Origin: Sphingomonadales bacterium
GTDB lineage: Bacteria > Pseudomonadota > Alphaproteobacteria > Sphingomonadales > Sphingomonadaceae
Length of the DNA: 64,000 bases
Direction: 5' to 3'
NCBI GenBank assembly: GCA_027489695.1
Contig: JAIXZK010000144.1
Coordinates: 553-64,552 of the forward strand
The number at the start of each line of letters is the position of its first letter. Position 1 is the stretch's first letter. Shown here in pieces: positions 35,492 through 45,330 of the stretch. The notes under the pieces are model-generated. The model was not told the origin of the DNA. It made no database searches and saw nothing but the letters and a program-made list of their open reading frames with translations. A program made the translations under genes and the position numbers.

Positions 35492-36763
35492 ATGCCCGCC
35501 GATTACAACGTCATAGACCTGTTTTTGAAGGCATACCTCGACGCGATCGACAGCGGGTTCGGTCTCATCAACGGCGACGTCACCAGCGTCTTTGCCATTC
35601 TCATCGTGCTGTCGATCTCAGCGACGGCAATCTTCTGGATGCTCGACGAAAACCAGAACATCACCGCGGCATTGATCCGTAAGACGTTGCTGATCGGATT
35701 CTTCGCATGGCTGCTGGCCGATTGGCAGGGCCTAACCAAGACCATCGTACTCGGCTTTGCGCAGCTTGGATTGAAAGCCGGCGGGGCCGGCGCTGGAGTA
35801 GGGGTCGACACATTCCTGAGCTCGCCGTCAGACCTGATTTACATGGGCATGAAGCTCGTCACCGACATGACGATCCAGATCAAGGAACTGAGCGGGCCGG
35901 TAGCCTTCTTCGAGAACATCGGAATCATCCTGATGCTTGCGCTGGCGGCGGTCGGTGTCGTGCTTTCGTTCGTCATCCTCGCTGTCCAGGTCTTTGTGGT
36001 CATCATTGAGTTCCGGCTCGTCACCCTGGCGGCGTTCGTGCTGATCCCGTTCGGGATCGTCCGGCAAACAAGCTTCCTGTCCGAGCGAGCCTTGGGCTAC
36101 GTAGCCTCGTCTGGCCTGAAGGTGTTGACCATTGTCCTCATCGTGTCGGTGGGGTCGAAGACCTTCCAGACGCTGACCCTGTCGGCAACACCCTCGATCG
36201 AAAGCGCCATCTCGATCTTCATCGCCGCAGCTGTTCTCACGATGCTGTCACTTACCGTGCCTTCGATTGCCGCGGCACTGGTGACCGGTGGTCCTCAGCT
36301 TGGCGCAGGTGCGGCACTTGCGGGCACTGCCGGCATCGCCGCAGCCGCGGGCGGCGCCTATCTCGCGGGCCGCGCTGCGCTCGGCGCGCCGGCCGCCGTC
36401 GCGAATCGAGCGGCCGCAGCGCAGGCCGCCGCCGGGGCGGCAACTGGCCAGGCTTCGGGCGCGAGCCTCATGCAGCGCGCCGTCGCCGCCGGCGACACCT
36501 ATGCTTCCGAAATGCAGTCGGGCAGCGCCGCCACCAATGCCTGGCGTCCCGGCGGCGCGCGCTACGTCGCAGCCAACGCCGACAGCGGCCGAGGTGGCGG
36601 TGCGCAGAGCAGCGCGCCATCGCCAGCAACAACCGTTGCCCGCGCCCGTGCCCGCGCTGCCGGCATGACGCTGGTCGGTGGGGCCCAGACAGCCGGCGCG
36701 GCCGCGGCCCGCCAGCGCGGCCCCGGTCTCCACGCCGATTTGAAGGACGATGACGATGCCTGA
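35492..36763 (+). CDS. trbL: TrbL/VirB6
   Basis: Polytopic membrane protein with an Ala/Gly-rich tail, in the expected operon position. Confidence 0.85.
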   Translation: MPADYNVIDLFLKAYLDAIDSGFGLINGDVTSVFAILIVLSISATAIFWMLDENQNITAALIRKTLLIGFFAWLLADWQGLTKTIVLGFAQLGLKAGGAGAGVGVDTFLSSPSDLIYMGMKLVTDMTIQIKELSGPVAFFENIGIILMLALAAVGVVLSFVILAVQVFVVIIEFRLVTLAAFVLIPFGIVRQTSFLSERALGYVASSGLKVLTIVLIVSVGSKTFQTLTLSATPSIESAISIFIAAAVLTMLSLTVPSIAAALVTGGPQLGAGAALAGTAGIAAAAGGAYLAGRAALGAPAAVANRAAAAQAAAGAATGQASGASLMQRAVAAGDTYASEMQSGSAATNAWRPGGARYVAANADSGRGGGAQSSAPSPATTVARARARAAGMTLVGGAQTAGAAAARQRGPGLHADLKDDDDA

Positions 36764-36828
36764 CACTGGACCAATGCTTTGGCCACTTGCCACAGAAACT
36801 GTGTCTCGCCGCGAGGGAGAGAACCGCC

Positions 36829-37515
36829 ATGCTTAGCGCCTTCAAGCGCGGCCGCACCGACTATGGCAGCGTCGCGCCGGTGCTCAGCCCCTATGCCCGC
36901 GCCGCGCAGGACTGGGACGAGCGTATCGGCAGTTCGCGGGTGCAGGCGCGCAACTGGCGGCTAATGGCGTTCGGCGCGCTCGGCCTCGCCGCGCTATCGC
37001 TCGGTGGATTCATCTACACCGCCAACCAGACCCGGATCGCCACCTATGTCGTGCCGGTCAATGAACGCGGGCAGCCCGGCCGTATCGTCATGGCGGGCAA
37101 GGCCTATCAGCCAGCGACGTCGGAAATCGCCTATTTCCTGGCCGACTGGGTCAGCCTTGTGCGCTCGAAGAGCATCGACGGGGTCGTCATCCGGGCCAAC
37201 TGGCAGCGCGCCTACAATTTCATCACCGCGCAGGCCGAGCAGACCCTCAACACGTTCGCTCGCGACAACAATCCCTTCGCCCGGGTGGGTGAAGAAGCGC
37301 GGACGATCGAGGTCGTCACCGTGCTGCCGAGGTCGAACGACACCTATCAGGTTACTTGGCGCGAGACCGTCTACACCAACGGCGTGCCCGGCAAGCCCGA
37401 GACCTGGACGGGGCTGTTCACGATCAGGATTTCGCCGCCGCAGACCGAGCAGGCGCTGCGCGCCAACCCGCTCGGCATCTTCATCACCTCGTTCCAATGG
37501 AGCCGGGAGCTATGA
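36829..37515 (+). CDS. trbF: TrbF/VirB8-like
   Basis: ATG 36829 follows GAGGGAGA. Sequence: YARAAQDWDERIG...single TM... Confidence 0.85.
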   Translation: MLSAFKRGRTDYGSVAPVLSPYARAAQDWDERIGSSRVQARNWRLMAFGALGLAALSLGGFIYTANQTRIATYVVPVNERGQPGRIVMAGKAYQPATSEIAYFLADWVSLVRSKSIDGVVIRANWQRAYNFITAQAEQTLNTFARDNNPFARVGEEARTIEVVTVLPRSNDTYQVTWRETVYTNGVPGKPETWTGLFTIRISPPQTEQALRANPLGIFITSFQWSREL

Positions 37516-38516
37516 GCCAGAACCTGCATTTGCGCCTGACCGCATTCCGAGTCGCAGCGTCGATTGTGCCGACTTTCCTTAGCGCCACCGGGATCGCCCA
37601 AGCCCAGCAAAGCGCCGCAGGCGCCTTGCCGATCGCCAGCGCTACCGCGAGCGCGGCCGGCGGCGCCTATTCCGATCGACTACCGCCGCCGCGACGCCTG
37701 CTACCGATCGATCGCCCGGTTCCGGGTGGCCGGGCCGGCCGCGACACCTCGCTAGAGACCATCGGCCGCGCCAACAGCCTGTCGCGTCAGGCGCCGGCAC
37801 CGGCCGGGTTCATCAACTCGGCGATGTTCTACGACTATATGGCCGGTGCGATCTACGAGGTGCACGCCTCGCCGCGCTTCATCTCGACGATTGCGCTCAG
37901 GCCGGGCGAGAAGCTGATCTCGAAGGCCGCTGGTGACACGGTGCGCTGGGTGATGGGCGAGACCGTGCAGGGTACCGGTACGAGCGCGCAAACCCTCGTG
38001 TTCGTCAAGCCGATCAAGGGCGACTTGCGCACCAACATCGTGCTGACCACCGACCAGCGGACCTACATGCTCGAGGCGATCAGCCACAACAGCGATGCCT
38101 ACACCAGCATCGTCACCTGGAACTATCCGCGCGACCAGCTCGCCGATGCACAGGCGGCGGCAGCTACGGTGGCGAGTCGCGAAGCGCAGACCGTCGCCAC
38201 CAACATCCCGATCGATGCGCTCAACTTCCGCTACGACATCCGCAGCCGTGGCCATCAGAACGGCAAGCCGGCCTGGATGCCCGAGCGCGTGTTCGATGAC
38301 GGCAGCAAGACCTACATCCAGTTTCCGCCGACGCTGGTAACGACGGAGGCGCCGCCGCTGTTCGTGGTCGGTGAGAAGGGCAGGGCCGAACTCGTCAACT
38401 ACCGGGTGCAAGGCAACTACTATGTCGTCGACCGGCTGATCCAGGTCGCCGAGCTTCGCCTCGGCGAGCGCCAGCAGCAGATAGTTCGCATCACCCGCGA
38501 AAGCCGGGGAGGCTGA
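37512..38516 (+). CDS. trbG: TrbG/VirB9-like
   Basis: ATGA overlap with trbF, a signal peptide, and the expected operon position. Confidence 0.85.
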   Translation: MSQNLHLRLTAFRVAASIVPTFLSATGIAQAQQSAAGALPIASATASAAGGAYSDRLPPPRRLLPIDRPVPGGRAGRDTSLETIGRANSLSRQAPAPAGFINSAMFYDYMAGAIYEVHASPRFISTIALRPGEKLISKAAGDTVRWVMGETVQGTGTSAQTLVFVKPIKGDLRTNIVLTTDQRTYMLEAISHNSDAYTSIVTWNYPRDQLADAQAAAATVASREAQTVATNIPIDALNFRYDIRSRGHQNGKPAWMPERVFDDGSKTYIQFPPTLVTTEAPPLFVVGEKGRAELVNYRVQGNYYVVDRLIQVAELRLGERQQQIVRITRESRGG

Positions 38517-38518
38517 CG

Positions 38519-39772
38519 ATGGCGAGCAGTGCTGCAGAAGCCGAATGGTCGCCGGCGCCGAAAACGCCCGCGGCCTCGATCCTGACCACCGAGCGCGCCC
38601 CGGTGACGCGCTACAAGCGTCCGGTCATCCTCGCGATCGTTGCCGCCCTTGCCGGGGTCCTTGCGATCGGCTTCATCGTCGCCTTCGCGCTGAAGCGGCC
38701 CGATGAGGTGAAAACTCGCGATCCCGGCGCCATCCAGATGGCCAAGCCCGACCTGAACGCGCTGCCGACCGGCTATAGCGATCCGCGTGTCCAGCGCCCG
38801 GATCTTGGCGGCCCGGGCACCGCGGCGATGCCGCCCGAAAGCGCGGACGCGCAACTCGCCGGCGGCCCCGCTGCTACTGCCGGCCCGGCCGGAGGCTCGC
38901 CCCCTGCAAATGCCGCGGCGACCGCGGCGTTGCAGCGCCGCGAGGCGGCGCGTGACGCGGCATTGCGACAGGATCTGGCGGCGCGCGCGGCGCCCGTGTT
39001 CGCGACCCAGGCGGGAGGGCAGGGGCCGCAGGCCGGCGATACACAGCTCGCGGTCGACAGTGCGGCACCGCCACCGGCGGCGGCAGGGGTCACTCCCGTC
39101 TCCACAGAAGCCGACCCGAACGGCCAGTCGACCAAGCAGGATTTCATCGCGCGCGTAGGAATCGGCTCGGACTATCTCGGCAACCGCCTGCTGCCGCCGA
39201 TCTCGCCCTATGAGGTCAAGGCCGGCACTATCATCCCGGCAGCACTGGTCACCGCGCTCAACTCCGACCTGCCCGGCGCCGTCGTCGCCAGCGTCACCGA
39301 AGCGGTCTATGACCATGTCACCGGCCGGACCCTGCTGATCCCGCAAGGCGCACGGCTGTTCGGCCGCTACGACAGCCGCATCAGCTACGGCCAGAACCGC
39401 GCCCTCGTCGTCTGGGAGCGGCTGATCTATCCCGATGGCCGCTCGATCAACCTTTCCGGGATGCCCGGCACCGACGCTACCGGCGCCGCCGGCCTCAGTG
39501 ACCGCGTCGACAACCACATCGGCAGCCTGGTCGGCGGCGTGCTGCTGTCGACGGCGATCTCGATCGGCGCGGCGGTCGCCGACGATGCTGCCAACAACAA
39601 TAACAACAACCTCGTGCTGCAGGGCGGGGCAGGGGCAGTGTCGCAGGAAGCGTCGCGGACCGGCCAGCAGATCATCCGCCGCAAGCTCGACCGGCAGCCG
39701 ACCCTGAAGGTCCGGCCGGGCTACCGACTTCGCGTCCTCGTAAACAAGGACATTGTCTTGGCGCCCTATTGA
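38519..39772 (+). CDS. trbI: TrbI/VirB10-like
   Basis: TM segment, Pro/Ala-rich linker, then a conserved C-terminal beta-domain. Confidence 0.85.
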   Translation: MASSAAEAEWSPAPKTPAASILTTERAPVTRYKRPVILAIVAALAGVLAIGFIVAFALKRPDEVKTRDPGAIQMAKPDLNALPTGYSDPRVQRPDLGGPGTAAMPPESADAQLAGGPAATAGPAGGSPPANAAATAALQRREAARDAALRQDLAARAAPVFATQAGGQGPQAGDTQLAVDSAAPPPAAAGVTPVSTEADPNGQSTKQDFIARVGIGSDYLGNRLLPPISPYEVKAGTIIPAALVTALNSDLPGAVVASVTEAVYDHVTGRTLLIPQGARLFGRYDSRISYGQNRALVVWERLIYPDGRSINLSGMPGTDATGAAGLSDRVDNHIGSLVGGVLLSTAISIGAAVADDAANNNNNNLVLQGGAGAVSQEASRTGQQIIRRKLDRQPTLKVRPGYRLRVLVNKDIVLAPY

Positions 39773-39820
39773 GCATTCGATCCCACCCGCCTGGTTCTTT
39801 GAGTCGCGAGGGAGGGGTCG

Positions 39821-40150
39821 ATGTCGGGAAGAACGGTCAGAATGGCTCTGAGCATGCCTGGAAGTCTTCACAAGGAAATGAAGGAACGCGCCGCGCGGAT
39901 AAGTGCCGGTAGCAGCGTTCGAACGTCGCTCTGCGACTGCTACGAGGCCGCGGTACTCGACTTGGTCAAGCGGCTCGAGGCCGGCGAGACCATCGTCTTT
40001 GCCTCGAATCCACATGGCGTCGCCCGCCATATCTCGCTGCGCTTCCTGCCCGAGATCGCCGACCGGATCGACAGCTACGCCCACCATGCCTATCGCTCGA
40101 GCTTCGTCTCGACGTCGGCGCGGCACTATCTCGAGAAAGGCCAGACATGA
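39821..40150 (+). CDS. Hypothetical protein, possibly a tandem ribbon-helix-helix
   Basis: Two strand-helix-turn-helix units: VRMALSMPGSLHKEMKERA..GSSVRTSL and RHISLRFLPEIADRIDSYA..RSSFVSTSARHYL. Confidence 0.45.
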   Translation: MSGRTVRMALSMPGSLHKEMKERAARISAGSSVRTSLCDCYEAAVLDLVKRLEAGETIVFASNPHGVARHISLRFLPEIADRIDSYAHHAYRSSFVSTSARHYLEKGQT

Positions 40151-40449
40151 CCGACAGCACGCCTGGTAATGCGCTCAGCCTGCCGAAAATCGGCGCCGGC
40201 GATCGTCGCAAGTTGCAGCTGGCGATCGACGCCAAGCTGGCAGCCGAGCTCGAGGCCTACGCCCGCGCTTATGAAGAAGCATATGGCGAGCGCGCCGAGG
40301 TCGAGGCGCTGATTCCGCATATGCTGGCCAGGTTCATCGCCGGCGACCGGCACTTCCGCAAATGGAAGACCGGTCGGGCGAAGAATGCCGACGCGCAACC
40401 GCGCGGCGGCAATAGCAACTCAGGCAAGGAGGACGCAGTGACCGTCTAA
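40147..40449 (+). CDS. DUF2274-like protein
   Basis: KLQLAIDAKLAAELEAYARAY. Its position after trbI matches other trb-type elements. Confidence 0.6.
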   Translation: MTDSTPGNALSLPKIGAGDRRKLQLAIDAKLAAELEAYARAYEEAYGERAEVEALIPHMLARFIAGDRHFRKWKTGRAKNADAQPRGGNSNSGKEDAVTV

Positions 40450-40455
40450 AGGAAA

Positions 40456-40480
40456 AGCCCGGCGCGAGGCCGGGCTCTTT
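40456..40480 (+). terminator. Rho-independent terminator ending the trb operon
   Basis: AGCCCGGC-gcgag-GCCGGGCT followed by CTTT. Confidence 0.75.
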
Positions 40481-40782
40481 GATCGGTGATATGGCCTCGC
40501 CGGCAAGCGAGGACAGGGTCCGAAGCAGTTCCTTCCATATAGCCGATTTCAGGTACCGGTTCAACCATGCGCAGCTCGCGCCACGGCGGGATTCTACCCG
40601 GTCACGGTCTCCATATCTGGAGGACGGCTGTGGGCGTATGTTCGATTGGCGAGGCTGTTGCAGGCATTGGGAGCCGGTGCGGCCGCAGGAGCGGCGCGCC
40701 GGTGCGGCGTGGCAGTCGTGAAGCCGGAAGTTTCGAGGCGGGGTTCTGGCGGCGGCCGCAAGAGGGCGAGTTTGCGCGGGCG

Positions 40783-41409
40783 ATGGCGGGAGCCAGGGCG
40801 CTCGAGAGAGAGACGCGCGGGCCCGGGCGACCGCAAGGCGCCATCGGTCCGGTGGCGCTCGAGCTGCTCGCGCAGCTCTATCGCCTGGGCCAGCGCTTCA
40901 AGGGGCGGATCGAGCCGTCTCTCGACTTCCTGATGCGAGCCATCAAGCGTTCGCGCAGCGCGGTGGTGCGGGCGCTGAAGCAGCTGCGGGATGCCGGTTT
41001 CATCGAATGGGCGCGGCGGTTCGAGCCGGTCGACCGCGAGGGTCCCGGGCCACGTTATCGGCAGATATCGAATGCCTATCGGTTGCGCCTCCCGACAGTG
41101 ATCCGGCGCCTGCTCGGCAGGCGGGCCGAGCCCGCTCCGCTGCCCGACGATGTCGCGCAGCACGTTGCCGAGCGCCATGCGGAAAGCGAGCGCATGCTTG
41201 CCGGCCTGTCACCACGGGCGTTTGCACACGCTGTCGCGGACGGGCCGCTGGCCAAGAGCCTGGCGGCGCTCGGAGAAGCCATCGCGGCGCGCGATGAGCG
41301 CGAGTTGTCCGCGCGGTCTGAACCGCGACATCGATTGATTCAATGTGCATCCAGCAACAGGTTGGCTGACGGAGCCAACCCGTCGGCCCGAAAAGGAGGC
41401 CCGTCATGA
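40783..41409 (+). CDS. Winged-helix DNA-binding protein
   Basis: RSRSAVVRALKQLRDAGFIEW. The start is uncertain, since the ORF is open from 40567. Confidence 0.5.
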   Translation: MAGARALERETRGPGRPQGAIGPVALELLAQLYRLGQRFKGRIEPSLDFLMRAIKRSRSAVVRALKQLRDAGFIEWARRFEPVDREGPGPRYRQISNAYRLRLPTVIRRLLGRRAEPAPLPDDVAQHVAERHAESERMLAGLSPRAFAHAVADGPLAKSLAALGEAIAARDERELSARSEPRHRLIQCASSNRLADGANPSARKGGPS

Positions 41410-42347
41410 CCAGTATCGAGATCGCGGCGCTGAAAGCCCGCCACGACTTGAGCGCCATCATCGGCCGCGACGTGCGGCTGAAGCGTTCGAGCCATGAGCT
41501 CGTCGGCCTGTGTCCTTTCCATGAGGAGAAGACACCGAGCTTCCGCGTCAACGACACCAAGGGGCTGTTCCACTGCTTTGGCTGCGGTGCCAGCGGCGAC
41601 ATCATCGACTATGTCCGCTGGCGGCACGGCCTCGAGTTCGTCGATGCCCTGCATTGGCTTGAAGGCGGCGTCACCGCTACCGCCGATGCCCCGGCACGCG
41701 AACGTCGGCGGCAGGACGAGGATCTGGCGCGGGTCGAGGCCATCGCGGAGGCCCAGGCCCAGTGGGCGGCCGCTAGGTCGATCAAGGGCACGCCGGCCGA
41801 GCTTTATCTGCGCTCGCGTGGCATCGTCGAACCGTCACCACCGTCGATCCGGTTCGGCCGCGTGCCACTTTGGCGTGCTCCGAACGGCGCCCCAGGACCG
41901 CGATTGCCGGCACTGATCGCCGCTTGCGAAGACGTCTCCGGCACTGTCGTGGGCGTCCAGCGCATCTTCCTCACCAAGGATGGCAACAAGGCGGCGATGA
42001 AGAACCCCAAGCTTAGCCTTGGCCAGGTGCGCGGGTGCGCATTGCGGCTTGGGCCGGTCGCACCAGAGGTCATGCTTTGCGAAGGGCCCGAGGACGGTCT
42101 GACACTGCGCCAGCGGTTCACGGGCGCCAGCGTCTGGGTATCGCTCGGGACCGGCAACCTGCCTTTTGTCGAGCTGCCAGACGCCGTCGAGTCCGTCATC
42201 ATTGCCGCCGACAACAATCTGGCTGGCTATGCCGCCGCCGAAGCTGCTGGCCATGCCTTTGCCGAACAGGGCAGGGGGGTTGCCGTTGTATTCCCCGATC
42301 CGGCCTACAAAGACTGGAACGACGAGCTGATGGGCAAACGCATCTGA
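41406..42347 (+). CDS. DNA primase (CHC2 zinc finger plus Toprim)
   Basis: CPFHEEKTPSFRVNDTKGLFHCFGCGASGD, and Toprim motifs LCEGPEDGL / AADNN. Confidence 0.85.
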   Translation: MTSIEIAALKARHDLSAIIGRDVRLKRSSHELVGLCPFHEEKTPSFRVNDTKGLFHCFGCGASGDIIDYVRWRHGLEFVDALHWLEGGVTATADAPARERRRQDEDLARVEAIAEAQAQWAAARSIKGTPAELYLRSRGIVEPSPPSIRFGRVPLWRAPNGAPGPRLPALIAACEDVSGTVVGVQRIFLTKDGNKAAMKNPKLSLGQVRGCALRLGPVAPEVMLCEGPEDGLTLRQRFTGASVWVSLGTGNLPFVELPDAVESVIIAADNNLAGYAAAEAAGHAFAEQGRGVAVVFPDPAYKDWNDELMGKRI

Positions 42348-42384
42348 AGACGGCTGTTCGCCATGCTGGCGACCTTGACCGAAA

Positions 42385-42996
42385 TCAGGTCGGGCGGGAC
42401 ATCAGCTCGGTGCGACGCCTCACCAACGCCGGCGTCCACCCCTGGCCGGTCCACGCGGCAATCCAGTTGAGGGCGTCCACGATGGCGTCGCGGCCGACGA
42501 CGGTCGCCCCGAAGGCATCGGCTTCGAGCTCTCGGGCCGGCCGGCGCAGCCACACCAGTCCGGCAGCAATTGCCAGGTAGAGCGCAGCGACATCGCCAGC
42601 AGCGGCTCGTGAAACCGCGGACCCCGACGGCGTGATCATGAGGAACAGGACACCGACAACGACAGCGAGCCCAATGGCAGCGTGGCCACGCGAGACATGG
42701 CCATATTCATGGGCGACGATAGCCGACACCACGGCTTTGGGGGCCGTCTCGAGCCGCCGGTCGACGAAGAGTAGATTGAGCCAGATCAGCGCCCCGAAAC
42801 GCGGTAGTCGGGACGGCGGCCGGACGACGATCGCTCGCGGCCAGAGCAGGCCCGGCCAGCGGCTTTGATGGTGTCGCATGGCATCGAGCAGTGCTGCATC
42901 GACGACCGATGACAATTCTTTCGACAGGGCGGCGCTCCTTATCTCGGGTGCCGAAGCCATCGTGAACATGCCGGTTTGCTGACCGACGCCTGTCAC
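42385..42996 (-). CDS. M48-like membrane Zn metallopeptidase
   Basis: HEYGH with a downstream ELEAD, plus hydrophobic segments. Confidence 0.62.
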   Translation of the reverse strand: MTGVGQQTGMFTMASAPEIRSAALSKELSSVVDAALLDAMRHHQSRWPGLLWPRAIVVRPPSRLPRFGALIWLNLLFVDRRLETAPKAVVSAIVAHEYGHVSRGHAAIGLAVVVGVLFLMITPSGSAVSRAAAGDVAALYLAIAAGLVWLRRPARELEADAFGATVVGRDAIVDALNWIAAWTGQGWTPALVRRRTELMSRPT

Positions 42997-43061
42997 AGCT
43001 TCGAATGCAGGACTTTCCTCACAGTAGCACGAAATCTACTCTGGGTGGCAGGAGAGCGCCG

Positions 43062-43724
43062 ATGTGCAATTTGTATTCGATGACGAAGGGCCAGCAGGCC
43101 ATTCGTGACCTCGCGGGCACGATGCGCGACCTGACCGGTAATCTTCCGCAGCTGCCCGGCATCTTCCCCGACTATGCCGCGCCGATCGTGCGGACGAGCA
43201 GCGATGGCATTCGCGAGCTGGCGATGGCGCGCTGGGGCATGCCGAGCCCGGTCTTCGCGCTACAGGGCAAGAAAGTCGACAAAGGCGTCACCAACGTCCG
43301 CAACACGAGCAGTCCGCACTGGCGGCGTTGGCTGACGCCGGCATCACGTTGCCTGGTGCCGTTCACTTCGTTCAGCGAGCCGGGCGTAAACGACGAGGGC
43401 AAATCGGAACCGGTGTGGTTCGCCTTCGATGAGGAGCGCCCGTTGGCATTCTTTGCTGGCATCCACACCAACTGGACCTGTACCCGCAAGCTCGCCGAAG
43501 GCGAGATCAACTGCGACCTGTTTGCCTTCCTCACCACGGATCCCAATGCCGAAGTCGGTGCTCTGCACCCCAAGGCCATGCCGGTAATCCTGACCGAGCC
43601 GGCCGAGTGTGAGCTGTGGCTCACAGCAACTTGGCCAGAGGCAGCGGTGCTGCAACGGCCTCTGCCGGATGGCGCGCTCAACGTTGTCGCGCGCGGCCAA
43701 AAGAGCGACGGCGAGCGTCCATAG
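43062..43724 (+). CDS. SOS-response-associated peptidase (SRAP/YedK family)
   Basis: MCNLYS N-terminus (Cys2). ATG follows GGAGAG. Confidence 0.85.
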   Translation: MCNLYSMTKGQQAIRDLAGTMRDLTGNLPQLPGIFPDYAAPIVRTSSDGIRELAMARWGMPSPVFALQGKKVDKGVTNVRNTSSPHWRRWLTPASRCLVPFTSFSEPGVNDEGKSEPVWFAFDEERPLAFFAGIHTNWTCTRKLAEGEINCDLFAFLTTDPNAEVGALHPKAMPVILTEPAECELWLTATWPEAAVLQRPLPDGALNVVARGQKSDGERP

Positions 43725-43761
43725 CTAGCAATGTGCATGTCGGCGTGTTGACTCGTCGTTC

Positions 43762-44004
43762 GTGGTCTGTTCTCATTGTAAGATGACCAGTCACCAGCAA
43801 TCTCGCCTTGCCGACCACCTCGATGCCGCCCTGGCAGCAATGCCAGCGGCTACGGCTGCCCGGCTCACTAATCCCGATCAGGCTCAACGTCGAAGTGCGA
43901 TCGCGATCATGGCCCAAACCTTGGCAGCGCGGCTCGAAGGCGATGACGTTCATTCCTCAGGCCCCGAAGCCACCGCTTTGCCGCGTCTGCCGATCGAACT
44001 GTAA
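43762..44004 (+). CDS. Hypothetical protein (80 aa)
   Basis: Open reading frame only. Confidence 0.25.
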   Translation: MVCSHCKMTSHQQSRLADHLDAALAAMPAATAARLTNPDQAQRRSAIAIMAQTLAARLEGDDVHSSGPEATALPRLPIEL

Positions 44005-44073
44005 TGATGGCACCTTGCCAGCAACCTTGCTCTACGGTAGATGGCGAGCAGACACAGCTAACCCGTTGATATT

Positions 44074-44101
44074 ATTTAACATAAGATATATTATCAAGAT
44101 T
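44074..44101. other. dif-like XerC/XerD recombination site (11-6-11)
   Basis: The reverse complement AATCTTGATAA-TATATC-TTATGTTAAAT compares with E. coli dif GGTGCGCATAA-TGTATA-TTATGTTAAAT. The XerD arm matches 11/11. The XerC arm shares the inner ATAA. Confidence 0.6.
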
Positions 44102-44124
44102 GAACGTTGGTATCTTCGGATCAC

Positions 44125-44565
44125 CTAGCGCTGGGCAAAGGCTGACATTTTGCCAGCGCCAAACGCTACGACAGTGTATCTGTCGGGTGCGCGCCCGGGA
44201 ACTTCCATTCCGAGCGAGCCGGCCGGCATACCCGGAACCGCCAAGCCTGTTACGCCTGCCGGCCGCTTGGCGAGTACGCGCTTCATATCGGCGATCGGCA
44301 CGTGACCTTCGAAGGCGACTCCGTCGATGAGGGCGGTGTGGCACGACGCAAGGGCGGGATGCATACCGAGGCGCTTGTGAAGGCTGGCTCGGTTTGCATC
44401 GTCGATGATCTTGACGGCCTGACCAAATGCCTTGGCGACCTGTGCTGCCCAGGCTTCGCAGCAGCCACAGCCGGGATCGCGATGCATGACGATATCGCCT
44501 GCCGCTAGTACGGGCGCGGCCACAAGGGCAAGGGCCAGTGCCAGCAAGTATTTACGCATGAACAA
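44125..44565 (-). CDS. DUF411 (CopG-type) periplasmic metal-binding protein
   Basis: Signal peptide, then PGCGCCEAW. Confidence 0.8.
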   Translation of the reverse strand: MFMRKYLLALALALVAAPVLAAGDIVMHRDPGCGCCEAWAAQVAKAFGQAVKIIDDANRASLHKRLGMHPALASCHTALIDGVAFEGHVPIADMKRVLAKRPAGVTGLAVPGMPAGSLGMEVPGRAPDRYTVVAFGAGKMSAFAQR

Positions 44566-44592
44566 TAGCCTTTCTTCTGAATTGGGACATCA

Positions 44593-45321
44593 TCACGCGA
44601 CGGTGCGACGGCGGAAAAGCCCCCGTTTGATCGGCCATCGTATGACCAGAAGCACAGTCCCCGCCAGCCCCAGCACGAGACCACCTACAGCGAATGCCAG
44701 CAACCACCAGGTGTTGAAGTTGTCGCGCTCGGTCCAGTCCATGATATGCAGGCCCCAGAAAAAGTCGAACAGCCGCCAATTTGCGGTCCGCACCGCAGCG
44801 ATCTGCCCGGTGTCGGCAGCGATGAAGACGCTGGTGTTGTCGGGGTCGGCAAAGGCAACACGCCAGGCCGGTAACGGGCCCCGATATTCGGGGCTGGCGG
44901 ATGTGACCTTGCTCGTCATCGGCGCCGCAACCTTGGCACCGATCCAGGCCTTTTCGGCGATCGATGCCGCCAAACGGGCATCGACGGGCGGTAGCGGCGC
45001 GCCTGTCGTCGCATCGAACATCAGGATGCGATTGCCGCGCGTGACTTCGGCCACCGCCCGGCCGTACAACATGCGCAGTGTCACCCGGTCAGCACCGCTC
45101 CCGTCGAGATAGGTGGAGGGATCGGCGAAAGCGATCCCGGCGGGAAGCGCCTCGATGCGCTTGCGGTCGACAAGATGATCGCCATGGATTTCGTCGATTG
45201 GCCAGAAACTCATCAGCGCGCCGCTGGCAAACCAGATCAACAGTTGGGCGCCGATGATCAGCGCCAACCATTTGTGCAGCCTGCTGGCGCCGAGGTGAAG
45301 GCGGTGGCGTCGTGAACTCAT
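44593..45321 (-). CDS. PepSY-associated TM / PepSY-domain membrane protein
   Basis: LHKWLALIIGAQLLIWFASG N-terminus and a TM segment at each end. Confidence 0.55.
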   Translation of the reverse strand: MSSRRHRLHLGASRLHKWLALIIGAQLLIWFASGALMSFWPIDEIHGDHLVDRKRIEALPAGIAFADPSTYLDGSGADRVTLRMLYGRAVAEVTRGNRILMFDATTGAPLPPVDARLAASIAEKAWIGAKVAAPMTSKVTSASPEYRGPLPAWRVAFADPDNTSVFIAADTGQIAAVRTANWRLFDFFWGLHIMDWTERDNFNTWWLLAFAVGGLVLGLAGTVLLVIRWPIKRGLFRRRTVA

Positions 45322-45330
45322 GGTCCCGTC

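Noticed and set aside
31202-40126. Long minus-strand ORFs (31202..32320, 33014..34393, 38420..40126) and many + strand alternate-frame ORFs across the trb cluster
   Set aside because: They are all antisense or out of frame to recognisable TrbC/D/E/I genes. Arg/Pro/Gly-rich translations are characteristic of non-coding frames in GC-rich DNA.
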